DNA of 64,000 bases from Octopus sinensis (taxonomy: Eukaryota): positions 13,392,001-13,456,000 of the forward strand of contig NC_043015.1 in assembly GCF_006345805.1 (NCBI RefSeq). The letters are read 5' to 3'. The number at the start of each line of letters is the position of its first letter. Within the stretch, counting starts at the first letter, position 1. The notes under the pieces were generated by a model. That model was not told where the DNA came from and did no database searches. It saw only the letters and a program-made list of their open reading frames with translations. Below, piece after piece: positions 35,904 through 51,374 of this stretch. The translations under genes and the position numbers were made by a program.

Positions 35904-38900
35904 AATGATGCTGTTGAGAGTAGGCCCCGAACCTGCGCGCATTCCCTCCTGATGACCCCATACACTTGCTGGCTTCCGGTATGCGGAGCTTTCAAATGGT
36001 AGTGCTTGCATGTAAAAGTTGTTTGCAAAACATCACAGAACTTGTGGTAGGTAACAACTGACATGCCTGGAAGACGGTTAGGCATCTTGAAAAGACAAGA
36101 AGACTGCTCGGTAAGACGAGCTCACAAATGAAAGACTATTGACGACAGGAAAGACTGGCGGAGGCTGCGGACTTACAATCCTCACCTCTGTACAATATTA
36201 TACAACAACCAATGAGAATAACAGCCCCATGATTGACCGAGAGGTGGAAATCGAGAATCAATCAAACCCAGCAGGGAAAGACATTTGTAAGAAGTGGACT
36301 GAGCATTGTGGATCATCTGATCGAAAAACACGTGGTAAATTATCTCCGGACTCAAAGCACTGCGGATCGATAAATGCTACAGCAAAGACCTCTTCTCGAC
36401 AAGAAACTGCAGGTTATAAGACTGTGCATCAGATAGTACTCGTAGAAAACCGAGGGTTATGTAGCCTGCTGCTAATGAGAAAGGAAGATATAAAGAATTT
36501 GAGAACAAGGTATGTAAAGCTCTTTATAAAATGACAAGATCTACAGTGGAGAAACTGGGGAAGTTAGCAAGCTCAATGTACGATACAAGAAAAGCAATTA
36601 TTTGGACTGAAATATGGGACCAATAAGCGAAAGGAAAGTATTGCCCAAGCAGGAGGATCAGAAAAATGAAACAGTTGAGGAGGGAAAAGAAGAGCCTAAG
36701 AAAGCGATGGAAATGTGCGAAGGAAGACGAAAAACCTGGCCTCGCGCAGCTGTGCGAAGATTTTAAAGGAAAATGCCGTTATGTGCAACAACACATCCGC
36801 CGATATGAGCGAAGAAAAGAAAGCAAAAGGACTCAAGAACCCGTACGGGGTTACTAAGAAGCTATTCACTGAATTAAAGAGTGGCACTATATTGTGCACA
36901 AAAGAAGAATTGGATGTTCATATTAAAGAAACCTCTAGCGATCCAAACCGAAACCAGCCATTGTCACCTATAAATGGGCTAAAGCATCTCTTAAAACCTG
37001 ATATCAAATTTCAAATTGGGAACATCAGGGAGAAAGAGGTGAATGATTTTGTGAGAAAAGCAAGAGAAAAGAGAGCCCCAGGAGTTGATAACCTTATTGA
37101 ATGTGGAAGGCAAGGTCTTTATGGGAATGCTTTCAAGGAGAATTCTCTCAAGGTGACATATCTACAGAGTAATGGGTATGCGATGACTGTTCAAAAGGCT
37201 GGAATCCCTGGAATCCCTGGATGCGTTGAACATCATTTTTCGATTTGGAAAACGATCCATGACACCAAAAAGAACAAGATAAGTCTGAACGTGGTATGGC
37301 TTGATCTAGTTAATGTATATGGCTCAGTGCCACACGAATTGCTCATGAGAGCCATAGACCACTTCCACAATCCAGAGAAAGTAACGAGATTAATGAGGGT
37401 ATATTATGACAGTTTTGAGATGAGGTTTACTGCTGGAAATTTTTCAACAAATTGACACCAACTGGAGATTGCCATTGCTGCTGGTAGCACAACATCTCTC
37501 ACGTGGTTTATCCTAGTCATGGAGATGATTTTGAAAGCAGCGGATTTTTCGGAACAAATCGCACAATCACCTAAGAAGGCCTTCATGGATGACGTGATAT
37601 TTCTGTCGACAGACAAGCAAATCATGCAGAAAGCCCTCTTGAGCTAGACGGGTTGGTGAAGTGGTAAAGAATGAGATTCAGGGCAAAAAAAGTCGTATAG
37701 TCTGACATTTATTAAGTAAGTGCAAAAAGAAGTTAAGTTTAAAATGGCTGAAGAAAGCATTCCAAAAGTCAAGGAAGAATCCGTTAATAGCTTGGGGCAT
37801 GTATAAGCTGGAACATTGTCGGATAGGAGTCGCGGGATGCAAATTATGAAACAAGCTGAGAATGGTTTAACAGCAATTGATAGCTCAAAGCTACCAGGTA
37901 AATATAAAATATGGAGCTTACAGTTCAACTTATATTCGCGCCTTTCGCGGTCACTTCTAATATACGAGGTGGCATTGTCGTGAGTTCAAATCATTGAACA
38001 AAAGTGTAATGTGTTCATTAAAATGTGGCTAGGCCCACCTCGGATATTGAACTGTTCAGCTCTCTATCGTAAAAGAGGCTCGTTGTATTATCACTGGCAT
38101 CAATAGTCAAAATTTATAAACTAGGGAAGGTTCGAATGGTGATGATACTGAGAGAGTCGAAGGATATAGAAATCAGGCGTAATCCACCAGATGTAAAAAC
38201 AGCCAGAAAGTGGAGAGCAGAAGCAGAGACTGAGGATATTTCACCTTCACTTACACACCGAGATATAGTAGATGCAACGCAAATTCATCGGAAGGGACTT
38301 GGATTTGGCGCACATCGATTCAGACGGTTTGCAGGCATGATGCGGTGCGAACGCAGATCTGTTGCTAGCTACAGTGTCAAAGCAAGGGATACAGAGAAGA
38401 GAGCTTCATTTGATTCAATGCGCACAACAAGGACAGATGACAAAATGGGACGAACACGTTGTTGAGAGAAAAATAAGTTGGAATGAGATACGGAGGTAGA
38501 CTTTCATCACGGCTAAGTTTTCTGATTCGTTCATCCTGCGATGTTTTGCCATTGCCTACAAATCTAGTAAGATGGAACGTCTGAGAAAATGATATATGCA
38601 GATGAAGAAAAGTCGGAACACTGGAACATATTCTTCCCAACTGTCCGCTGGAATAGATATACATTGAGACACAATCTTGTCCTTAAGGTTATCTTCAATG
38701 CTATAAAGAACCAAATTGTTCTCATCAACAGTGGCAAAAAACGATTGAAAAAACCAACCGGAGATTTCATTACATTCTTGCACTCAGGAGAGCATATCCG
38801 TTTCAAGAAGAAGAAACTTCCTGTGAGCGATGGAAAGTGAAACGGCTATTGGGAGGTGGCTGCAGATTTACCAGGGTGCCAAGGATTCTTTCCCATCCCA

Positions 38901-39413
38901 GTTACGAAGAAACCGGATATCATAATATAGTGTGAAAGAAAGAAAGTGGTAAATCTAGTTGAGTTAACGATTCCTCAGAAAGATAATATGGACGCTCCTT
39001 GAGGAATGTGATGACACAGGCTGGAAAGTGGAGCATTTCCAATCGAAGTCGGATGTAAAGGATTCGTTGAACATAGTGTGAGGCGACTGTTGGCCTAACT
39101 AGTCGTAAAACGAATAAATACCACCATGAATGACATCCAAATTACAGTGGAAAAGACAAACCACTGGATTTGGTTAACAAGAAACGATGAGCAATGGCTA
39201 GAAGAACACTGAGCTATATCCGATAACCAGTTGATCTAGCAAATGGGGCTTGTTAACATTTCAGTGAAGGGGGCCGGTGCGTAATGATGCTGTTAAGAGG
39301 CAGGTCCTGAAACGGCGCACATTCTCTCCTGATGACCCCAGACACTTTCAGACTTCCGGTATGCGGATCTTTCGACTAGTTGCACTTGCATGCGCAAGTT
39401 GTTTGCAAAACAT
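35904..39413 (+). mobile_element. Decayed Hero-like (R2-group, RLE endonuclease) non-LTR retrotransposon with direct terminal repeats
   Basis: GCVEHHFSIWKTIHDTKKNKISLNVVWLDLVNVYGSVPHELL, AFMDDV, RYTLRHNLVLK, KPDII...VELTIP and PIEVGCKGF (PD..E-x-K RLE). Repeats at 35904-36033 and 39283-39413. Confidence 0.8.
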
Positions 39414-39430
39414 ATACATATATAAATACA

Positions 39431-39449
39431 AACACACACACACACACAC

Positions 39450-39500
<51 letters not shown>
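39431..39500. repeat. (CA)n microsatellite
   Basis: Direct reading; immediately 3' of the Hero-like element. Confidence 0.95.
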
Positions 39501-39502
<2 letters not shown>

Positions 39503-39539
39503 AGTACACATAATGTCTTGTTTCGTCTTTTATCGTTTA

Positions 39540-40470
39540 TTTTCTGCATTTTTCAGTCATTGGACTACGGCTATGCTGGTGTACTACCTTGGAGGGTTCT
39601 GGTTCGGTTTTTTTTCCGAGCTGCTAATGTTACAGGAATGTTAACAAACCAGTACTGGTTGTCAAGGAATGTGAGAGAAACAAGCACAATCACAAACACA
39701 TACACACACACACACATACTTCTGTCAACGTCCATTCAACTACGTGTGTTTGTACAGTGTTTGTGTGTATTGTGTATATATATATGTTCTTTTGTTTCAG
39801 TCATGTGATTGCTGCCATGATGGAGCACCGCGTTTTAGTCGAACAGATCGACCCCAGGACTTATTCTTTTAAGCCTGGCACTTATTCTACACACACACAC
39901 GCACACACACACGCACACACACACACGCATATACGACGGGCTTCTTTCAGTTTCCGTCTACCAAATCCACTCACAAGGCTTTGGTCTGCCCGAGGCTGTA
40001 GTAGAAGACACTCGCCCAAGTGCCATACACTGGGACTGAACCTAGAACCATGTGGTTGAGAAGCAAGCTGTTTACCATTTATGCGTGTGTTAGTGTGTGA
40101 GTGCCTGTGCACAATGTATGTATATATGCACACACATACACACGCACATATATGTATATATATACACACACATACACATAATGAACTTCCACACAGTTTT
40201 AATCTACCAGATTCCCTCATAAGGCAATGGTTGACCGTAGTTATAGTAGAAGACACTTGCCCAAAGCATTCCCGTCGCTAAGAGGGTGCTCTGGACGGCA
40301 TTTTCCTCTCACTATTCAAAGTGCATTATCAGATTTAGAAAATACAGTTAACGAAAATCTTCCCGTAATACAAATTAATGCCCACCCAGAATATTTTGAA
40401 GCACTCCCAGGCATCAAAGTCCGGTGAACGGTTTGGCCCAAAGTGCCGCGCAGTTGAACTAAACTGTCGT
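39540..40470 (-). mobile_element. Cluster of SINE family C copies and fragments
   Basis: Fragments at about 39540-39745, 39790-40077 and 40185-40470, the last interrupted by a 169-bp insert. Confidence 0.7.
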
Positions 40471-41743
40471 CACTTTTAGTTTCCTGAGTAGAATATACTT
40501 CACCCAAATATCTCATTTACATTCACCAATTGACTTTAAAGACCAGATTAAAACTAATCTAAATTGTCCTTGTTCTCCAAAAATTTGAATATATTGCTCT
40601 TCAGAGTCATGTCCCTTGCTTATTGTTTTCAGATTTTAAGCATTTATTAGAAATAGTTTTTGTCTACTGATTATTTGGTTAATTTCAAATATTCGAAGAT
40701 TTTTGGTTTATTGCGTTACATATGCGAGAACTACTGCTCTACATACCTTGAAATGTAGTGACGCCTTTCGTGTTTTTTTTTTATTTGTGCGTGTATGCTT
40801 CTTAAAGAAGACATTCTCTTATTATTAAAAAAAACTGAAAGAAAAAGAAGAGATAATTCATTCTTGCCTGCGATAAAAGTTCAACTGACATTTCTTTTGT
40901 AGATGTTTGTTACCGAGACAACGTTACTGGCTGGTATTCTTTACTGCATTGGATCTGGGTCAGAGAAAATAATCTACTGTAACAGAAATGCTATTGTAGT
41001 ACTAGTAAACCCTGATACTGCATGATCTCAATGTTTTTGTTCAGTTGTATGTGCGTCCGTATGTGTCTGTGTGTGTCTGTGTGCGCGCGCGCGAGCATGT
41101 GTGTGTGTATGTGTGTGTGTGTGTGTGTATATGTGCGTCCGTATGTTTAACTGAGTGCGTGTGTGCGCGCACGCGTGCAGTACGTGTGCATAAATTGTAA
41201 ATATGTATATGTGTCTCTCTCTATATAAATACTTGCATACACAGCACACACATACACTTGTATGTACTTACAGATATATATAGAGATACACACACGCACA
41301 TATATTTACACGTACACACAAATACGCACCTACACACGCACGCATACACAAATATAATATGCATCTTTATTATGTTCTGGTTATCTTCACAAAATTCTCA
41401 CCAATAAAGAAAGTGGCAGTTCGCTACCTAGAAACAAGGCAACGTTATTGGAATTTAGGCATTTAGGCAACAAGAATTAATATCTTTATACACACACACA
41501 CGCACACACACACATACACACACACACCACACATATATATAAACATATATATGTATGTATGTATGAATGAATGTATGTATGTATGTATGTATGTATGTAT
41601 GTATGTATGAATGTATGTATACATGTATGTATGTGTATGTGTATACATATGTGTATGTATATAGACAGACATACACACATACATGCATACATATATGTGT
41701 GTGCGTATGTATGTGAGTACCCAATTTGTGTAGTCTAATTCAT

Positions 41744-42395
<652 letters not shown>

Positions 42396-42617
42396 TAATA
42401 TATGTATATATATATATATAATATATATATATATAGATTCAAAAATTAAACACAAGTGGAAATAAGCGAACGGGAAATTCACGCACAAGACATGGACATG
42501 CCCTATCCTCATCAGTTATCGTCCTAAAAATCTTTACAAGTTCACAACTTTAACGATAATATCGTTCATTTTTGGGTGATTCATCAGCGATTCATATACT
42601 ATACATAAATATCATAA

Positions 42618-42648
<31 letters not shown>

Positions 42649-42673
42649 TGTATGTATGTATGTATGTATATAT

Positions 42674-42732
<59 letters not shown>

Positions 42733-43078
42733 TCTTCATAAGTACGCAAGGGTGCATATGTACAGTTATAAGCTCAAGTATCTGTGTACTGGCACAAATT
42801 TATATGTGAGCAGACACGATATGAGAACAAGAACACATGCCAGTGCATATCTAATAGTATAACTTGACTTGTATTTATGTGTACATTTTCAGCTGACATT
42901 TATTCATTAAATGTTTGTTACTGACACGCAGTAACTGCTAGTATTCTTTACATACTTAACAGGAACTGGGTGAGAGAATAGGAGAACATTTTCTCGTGTA
43001 ACAGAAATTCTGCTGCAGTCGTTATAAGCAATGATACTTGTTTTTTTTTATAAATATATATACATACCTACCCACATG

Positions 43079-43600
43079 CACTGGCAACAAATAAATTTAA
43101 GACCGATGATAAACGTTCTATTTCTTGCAAAATATTTTGTTACTAACATCATACAAATTATTTTTATCTGTTACAAATTATGCAGAATTTATTTCTCTTT
43201 CGAATGATGCAGACAATAATTATTTTTATACAACTTGAAGAATTCTAATGCTAAATTAATATAAACGTTTCAAATTTTCTGGTAAAATTAGTTTAAGACC
43301 GTATCATTATAATTCTATTTAAAGCTTAAGATTGTAGCAAAAATGAGCAACAAGAACGAAATACATATTAGTACTTTGTGCCGTAGCCTTTATTCTTAAT
43401 AACGGCTGAACAAAGCCTCGGCATTGAATTCGCTAAGTGATTACTAAATTCTATGGGAATGTTTTGCCATATTTCATTGCTATAATCGAATAATAGGTTA
43501 AGATTAGATGGTTTTTTGGCATGGACTTTTTGGAAACATAATTTCACAAGTTCTCGATCGGATTCAGGTCTCTCTGAAGTCATGTGCTACGTACGAAGTA
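43079..43600 (-). mobile_element. Tc1-like transposon 3' fragment
   Basis: C-terminus ...ANSMPRLCSAVIKNKGYGTKY, followed by a terminus reading CACTGGCAACAAATAAATTTAAGACC on +. Confidence 0.75.
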
Positions 43601-43962
43601 GTGAAATAACAGAAGTAACCAAGATCTATAACGAAACTAGAAGAAATAAACAACATGTGCCGCAGAATCGGACATAAAAATATTATCCTTAAAATTGAAA
43701 GTGAAAAGAAAGTCCATCACAAACCAACTACATCTCATGGAAGAAAATAACAAAAATGTATGGAGATTCAACACCAAAATCATGAGGGAAAATTAACTTT
43801 AAAGTTAAGAAAGTATTAAAACAAGCCACCTTTAACCACAACTTTACTTCTACTTCAGAAATTGTATATAGAATGATGGCAAAAATATCTTAGTGAAAAG
43901 AGTCGCTTTTCAGGAAGATCTCAATTTATTTTAGCCTCGGTGATAGAATGAAAGGAAGAAGT

Positions 43963-44003
<41 letters not shown>

Positions 44004-44070
44004 TAGATAGATACATAGATAGATAGATAGATACATAGATAGATAGATAGATAGATAGATAGATTGATAG

Positions 44071-45155
<1,085 letters not shown>

Positions 45156-46908
45156 CAACTTCTCTGTCTATTTGTCTATCTTACTTCGTTTCTCTCTTTC
45201 TCTTTCTCTTTCTCTTTCTCTCACTCTTTCTCTTTCTTCTTGTTTTCTCTCTCTCTCTCTCTCTTACACACGCGCACACACATGAATCAACCTTCACCAT
45301 CACCAATACTTATCATCAACTCCAAAACCAATACAATGACCACCAGCAACAGCAACTAGAGTACGAAGAAGGTAAGCAACACCCATCTAAAACAATGTAC
45401 AATCACACCGATAAATGTGATACTCCAGGTATTTAAAATGTTGAATGAAATGTCTTTGATCTTACGTCAATGAGAATTGGTGTACATATTGCACTGTGTA
45501 TGTTTATAAAATATTTTCATTTATAAAAGTTATTATGCTGCTTGTTTATATGTTTGTTTGCTTGTTGATGCTGTTCCTTCCGAAAAAAGAATAACAGAAA
45601 ACCTCGTCGGAATACATTGTCATTTTAGAATATGAAAATCAATGGGAATGGTAATTTCGCGTTACGACAAATTTTGGGAATGATGAGCAAGCGGCAGAAA
45701 GAAGAGAGTGTGAGGCTGTGCCGATCGACTTTTGATCGATAAAGCTGAATGACTGAAATAAGAAAACATTACAGAAATTTTGATACAATATCGCTTTATT
45801 ATGGAAAGATTTTCGATCCTGTTTTCCACTCATATCTACTGAAATTACTAGTTTGAAAAAGTATTTACTACCTTAGATGCTGTTATTGAAAGACTCATAA
45901 AGATCTGATCCACAATCTTCACTCTTGTAACTGCAAGTCAAACGGTTGTCTTTTTCAAAGAAGTTAATTCTAGGATTCTGCGCCCGCATTTTTCATTCTA
46001 GATCACCTTTTTATACAGGCAACTCTTCTATTACTATAATTAACATTTACCTTCATAAATTGATGATGATACTATTATAAACAGTGTTAGCTGAGATATT
46101 TTGATTCAGAATCAATGTTTAGGTTAATTACCATGTTTTTTGTCACTTAAAGCCACACTACTTTTTTTGTAGCAAATACTTTTTAACGAGGTTTTCACCA
46201 AAAAATTCTTTTTCAACGAACACATTCTTTTAAATCTGTCTAATCTATACTTTTCTTTTAAAATAACTGAGATATTTTAAAACAAAGTCAATTTTTCGCC
46301 TTACTCTTCCATTTTTGTCCTCATATTTTGAGCTAACATTTTTGGGGGATGAACCGAATTTCATTTATTTTATCTCAAAATGTAGTTTAGAACTGGACTA
46401 TCATTGCTAAAAAGAAAATGAATGTGGCATAGGTTTGGACCATCATTGCTAAAAAAAAATGCATTCAATTTATTGAGAACTGAACTAGTGATGAAGCCAG
46501 AAGTACTCGCAAATAAGTAAAAGTTGACCTAAAGAATATATTCACCCATGTTAGGTTTATGACGTGTAAACCTAACGATCAAACTTCAAATTTTGACCCA
46601 GAGGACTAAACATTAAAATATTTACCTGTCATAACAATGAAGTTGTTACACATCGGAAATCTCGAAGTTAAGACTGGCAGTCTAGAAACATTGATGATTA
46701 TGATGAATTCCGAGAAGATTCCTGATATTAAATCGTGTGTTGAAACAGATGTTGCATTTCAGGATGGTCATTTTATTTATTTATTTATTATTTTTTTGCC
46801 AAATAAACACAGGCACTATTATATAGTGGTATGTGTAATGACGCTAGTGAACAAAGTGCGTGTATTTATTTGGCCCAAAAAAAATGACTCGAAATACAAC
46901 AGTATATA

Positions 46909-46996
<88 letters not shown>

Positions 46997-47007
46997 ATAT
47001 ATATATA

Positions 47008-47158
47008 GGCGCAGGCGTGACGGTGTGCTAAGAAGCCTGCTTTCCAACCGCATGGTTCTGTGTTCAGTTCCTCTGCGTGACACCTTTAGCAACTGTCTTC
47101 TACTATAGCCTTGGACTGAGCAAAGCTTTGTGAGTGGATTTCTGAAAAAAGTCCGTCG

Positions 47159-47160
<2 letters not shown>
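47008..47160 (+). mobile_element. SINE family C head
   Basis: Similar to 18441-18600. Confidence 0.7.
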
Positions 47161-47239
<79 letters not shown>

Positions 47240-47542
47240 ATCTATATATGTACCACTGTGACCAAATAGTGTGCATGTGTATAGTGCATGTGCGTGAGCG
47301 AAAATTATCTTTGTCTATGTGTGTTGCGTATGTTTATGCGTGTTGTGTGTATGTGTGTATGTGTATATATTGTGTGTATTCAGATATTGTGTGCTTACGT
47401 GGATGTGGGAGTATATACTGTGTGTGTAGAGGTATTGTGTGCTTGTGTGGGTGTAGGAGTGTGCATGATAGTGTGTGATGTGTGTACTGGGTTAAACAGT
47501 GTGTGTGGATACTCATATAGCGGTATGTGTGGTGACGGTATT

Positions 47543-47720
47543 GAAGGCGGCGAGCTGGCAGAAACGTTAGCACGCCGGGCGAAATGCGTAGCCGTATTTA
47601 GTCTGTCGTTACGTTCTGAGTTCAAATTCCGCCAAGGTCGACTTTGCCTTTCATCCTTTCGGGGTCGATAAATTAAGTACCAGTTACTCTTAGCCCCTTG
47701 TGGGTAATAAAGAAATAGGT
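47543..47720 (+). mobile_element. SINE family A
   Basis: gaaggcggcgagctggcagaaacgttagc head, with an internal deletion. Confidence 0.85.
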
Positions 47721-47724
47721 ATTG

Positions 47725-48600
47725 AAGATTGTGTGTGTTTGTGTGTGGATCATGGTGGATTGTGTGGGTGCTGAGAAGTGTGTTTGGAGTGGGAAGGTGT
47801 TGTGGGTGTGTGTGAAATGGTGAGTGAAGTGAGTGATGAGTTGAACAGTGTGCATCGGTGTGTGTATAGTGGTGAGTGTGGGTGAGGGTACCGAGGGGGT
47901 ATGCCGGTATGTAGGTAGAGGGTGTGAGAGGTGAGTGAGAATCCCTGTGGGATTGGCGTTAAGTGAAGAGAGATGAGTTTGGTTTCAGATGAAGAGAGTA
48001 GATGAGTTGAGCCCATATGGAACAAAGGAACGAAGAGAGAAGATTAATTTCTGTTCACAGCGAAGGCGGGAGTCCAGGTGGCCCCTGTGTAGAGACAGTC
48101 CGAACACAAACAGATGTTGTAGCGAATGAGCGGTAGATCGGAAATGGCGCGAAACTGAGTTGTCATTACCGAGTCTAATGTCCTGGAGGTGCTCCGCGAA
48201 CCGGTCAGCCAATCGGCCTCCCAGGACAGAGAGAGCAGCAGATGCAGCAAATGACATTACTCGAGGTGTAGGTAAAGGAGTCGGTGACGTGGTGCCTGTG
48301 AGGATGGTTGTGTTGGAGAGTAGGAACGGGTGCGATACCGTGAGCGGGTATAGTGGGAGGAGCCAGGCTGGGAGGTGAGGGTAGGGCAGAAACTGTGGAC
48401 TAGGTGGCAGGTTATTGGCTCGTTTGAAAGAGGAAAGGTGTAGGTTAGGGAAGATGTGCGAGGTGGAGGCGTCTGACTGGAGTCGCCGGAAGGCTCGGAG
48501 AATGGTGCGTTGGAGGGACAGGGTGGAGGGGTGGTAGGGAAGGGGAACGGGAGATGAATAAGGGTGGGGCAGGCACGCGGAGAAAGATCAGAGGCACGGT
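47725..48600 (-). mobile_element. Penelope family 2, GIY-YIG endonuclease relic
   Basis: RLADRFAEHLQDIRLGNDNSVSRHF...RLRCEQKLIFSL..FVPYGLN; homologous to 51375-51790. Confidence 0.8.
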
Positions 48601-49829
48601 CCAGCTCTAACGACTGAGCCATGCGCCTTCACATACATATACACACACACACACACATATATGCGCGTGTGTGTGTATACACCTATGTAAGTGAGAGTTT
48701 ATGGTGTGTATCACCGAAAGGCTTCGAAACGTTATACCCGAGAGGAAAACGGATTTGATTTTCGAAATTAGCGTCTCAAGGAAAAGGTTTCTGGTTATTA
48801 GTTATCAAAAAATATAATTTACTACGAGAAAAAACTCAACTTACAGATCGCCAACATCGAATGTCTTTAGAAGTCGCCATCTTAAAAGTTATGATTTCAT
48901 GATCCCCTGTGTAAGTGTGTGTGTGTGTGTGTGTGTGTGTGATCTTCAAACTGTCTGTCTATCTGTGTTGTCTCTGTCTTTTGTGCCGTCACCCTCTCTT
49001 TATATATTGACCATAGACTCTCTCACTCTCTGTCTCTAAATATGTATGTCTCTCACAAATGCTGCTCCCACTGTCTCTCTTAATATGTCCTCTAATGCAA
49101 ATCAGTCACACGAGTCGAGCGCGTCCGTCTATGAACCTCTCTCTATCTGTCCGTCTCGTCTGTCTGTCTGTCTTTTACGCTTTTCTCACTGTAAACTTAC
49201 CTCCTCTCTGCATATATTTATCATTCTCTCTCTCTCTCTCTCTTTCACTGTGTGTGTGCGTGTGTGTGTGTATGTGTGCATGTGTGTGTGTATCAGGCAT
49301 GCATACCCACTTATCTCTTGATATGATATGTAATGCAAAGCAGTTAGAGGAACCGAGTGCGTATCTCGATGAACCCCTCTCTGTCAGTTCATATGTTTAT
49401 CTGTCTCTCTGTCTTTTATGCTTTCACTACTGTAAACTTTTCGCCTCTCTATATATATTAACTATATTTTCCCTCACGCTTTCTCTGTATATGTATATTT
49501 CTCACGTTGAATATGTGTATGTATGTATGTATGTATGTATGTATGTATGTATTATGTATGTATGTATGTATGTATGTATGTATGTATGTATGTATGTATG
49601 TGTGTATGTGTGTGTGCGTACGCGCGCGCATGCGTGCTTACGTATGCAAGAAATTTCATTTGGGCGACTGAGTCGAAAAACTCGCTCAAAGCGTTAGCAG
49701 CAAGCTCAGGAGACACCCGAACAGAGAGGGAATAGACTTGATATTCGAGCACCAGTCTCTGTCGCACGGTTTCAGGAGACACCCAGCATAGGATGCATCG
49801 ATTAGGTGATGAGTGCACAAGAGCTTCCT

Positions 49830-50587
49830 TCACACGAACTCAGGAAACGATATCCCGTTTTATTTCAAACGATTTCAATCTCCAGTGAGCTTTAGCTTTG
49901 CCACGACCATCAACAAATCGCAAAGGTGAACATTTTCGGTTACCAGTTTACACCATGAAAAGCCCTACTTTACCCATGGATAGTTTTACGTTAGGAGTTC
50001 AAGAGTAGGAAGTAGAAAAAGAATCTTTACAGGAGTGGCTGTGTGGTAAGTAGCTTGTTTACCAACCACATGGTTCCGGGCTCAGTCCCACTGCATGGCA
50101 CCTCGGGCAAGTGTCTTCTACTATAGCCTCGGGCCGACCAAAGCATTGTGAGTGGATTTGGTAGACAGAAACTGAAAGAAGCCCCCGTTGTATATATGTA
50201 TATATACATGTGTGTGTGTGTTTGTGTGTCTGTGTTTGTCCCCCTAGCATTGCTTGACAACCGATGCTGGTGTGTTTATGTCCCCGTTACTTAGCGGTTC
50301 GGCAAAAGAGACCGATAGAATAAGTACTGGGCTTACAAAGAATAAGTCCCGGGGTCGAGTTGCTCGATTAAAGGCGGTGCTGCAGCATGGCCGCAGTCAA
50401 ATGACTGAAACAAGCAAAAGAGTAAAAGAGAGTAAAGAGTATCTATGTACCAAATAGTAAAACAAAAGACTTCGTTTATCGCAACATCATAAATTGCCCC
50501 AAACAACATCCATCCTGATCAAGTGGCCTATCCGACGAGGAAGACATGATCAGAAAATTGCCCCGCAACAACGGGCTACTCAGCTCG
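49830..50587 (+). mobile_element. Helitron helicase C-terminal relic and 3' end, split by a SINE
   Basis: FKRFQSPVSFSFATTINKSQR*TF...FTHG*FYVRSSRVG (Pif1-like motifs). After the SINE it reads YVPNSKTKDFVY, then a cccgcaacaacggg hairpin and a CTCG|T terminus. Confidence 0.75.
50030..50440 (+). mobile_element. SINE family C (full length)
   Basis: Near-identical to 18441-18850. Confidence 0.9.
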
Positions 50588-51374
50588 TATATATGCGTGT
50601 GCATGTGTATAACTGAACTAGAGAACTAGAGTTGGTAGCTAGTATATATTTATGCGTATGTGTATGTGTATCTTAAATAGAAAACTAGAGTGGGTTATGA
50701 ATAAATAAGTAAATATCTTGACTCGCATCGCAGACATTTAATAGTATGTCGTATTTAGAAACATGGTCTACGAAAGATTTTTCGCTAGCCTTGTAAAATA
50801 TAGAAACAACTAGTTTCATTGTTCACTCATATCACCGAAACTGTTAATGATAGCAGATGAAGATTACTTTTTACAAGGTAAACAAACTTTAGACGGATGT
50901 AACACATTTACATTTGTAAACAAACTTTGTGACTGACGTAACTCACTTGAATAATGTTACGAGGTTAACGACCTGACCGCTATTGTCATAGTGTACTGCA
51001 GCATGAGTTATGAAAGCACAAATGCACAAACATTTTTATTCGTGTTTATTTAGTTATGCTGGCCCACAACGATCTATTCGGTACTTTATAAAGATAGTCG
51101 ACATCAACTTTTCACTCGTGCGCGAATCCTCCCCACTACCACGCATACATACATACAAAGTGAAACGCGCGCATATACATGTATGTGTTCTTGTTCAGCT
51201 GAGGATAGAGCCACCGGGAAAACTTATGATCTAAGGCTTTCGAGCCGTGATCACCCCATCTTGTTTAATGTCTGGAACCACATTGTACGATATGTCCTTC
51301 CTATTTTTAGGCGTTAGACTATAATTTCATGGAAATTTGTCTACTATTTCTAGGAAACTAAAAGAAGCCAGTCG

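Noticed and set aside
42480-42595. Two minus-strand CTGATGA cores
   Set aside because: One lacks GAAA after helix II; the other has GAAC and no helix I pairing.
45290-45380. Gln/His-rich stretch ending in a strong donor AG|GTAAGC
   Set aside because: Low-complexity CAA/CAC-rich sequence next to microsatellites; no acceptor-defined exon or homology recognised.
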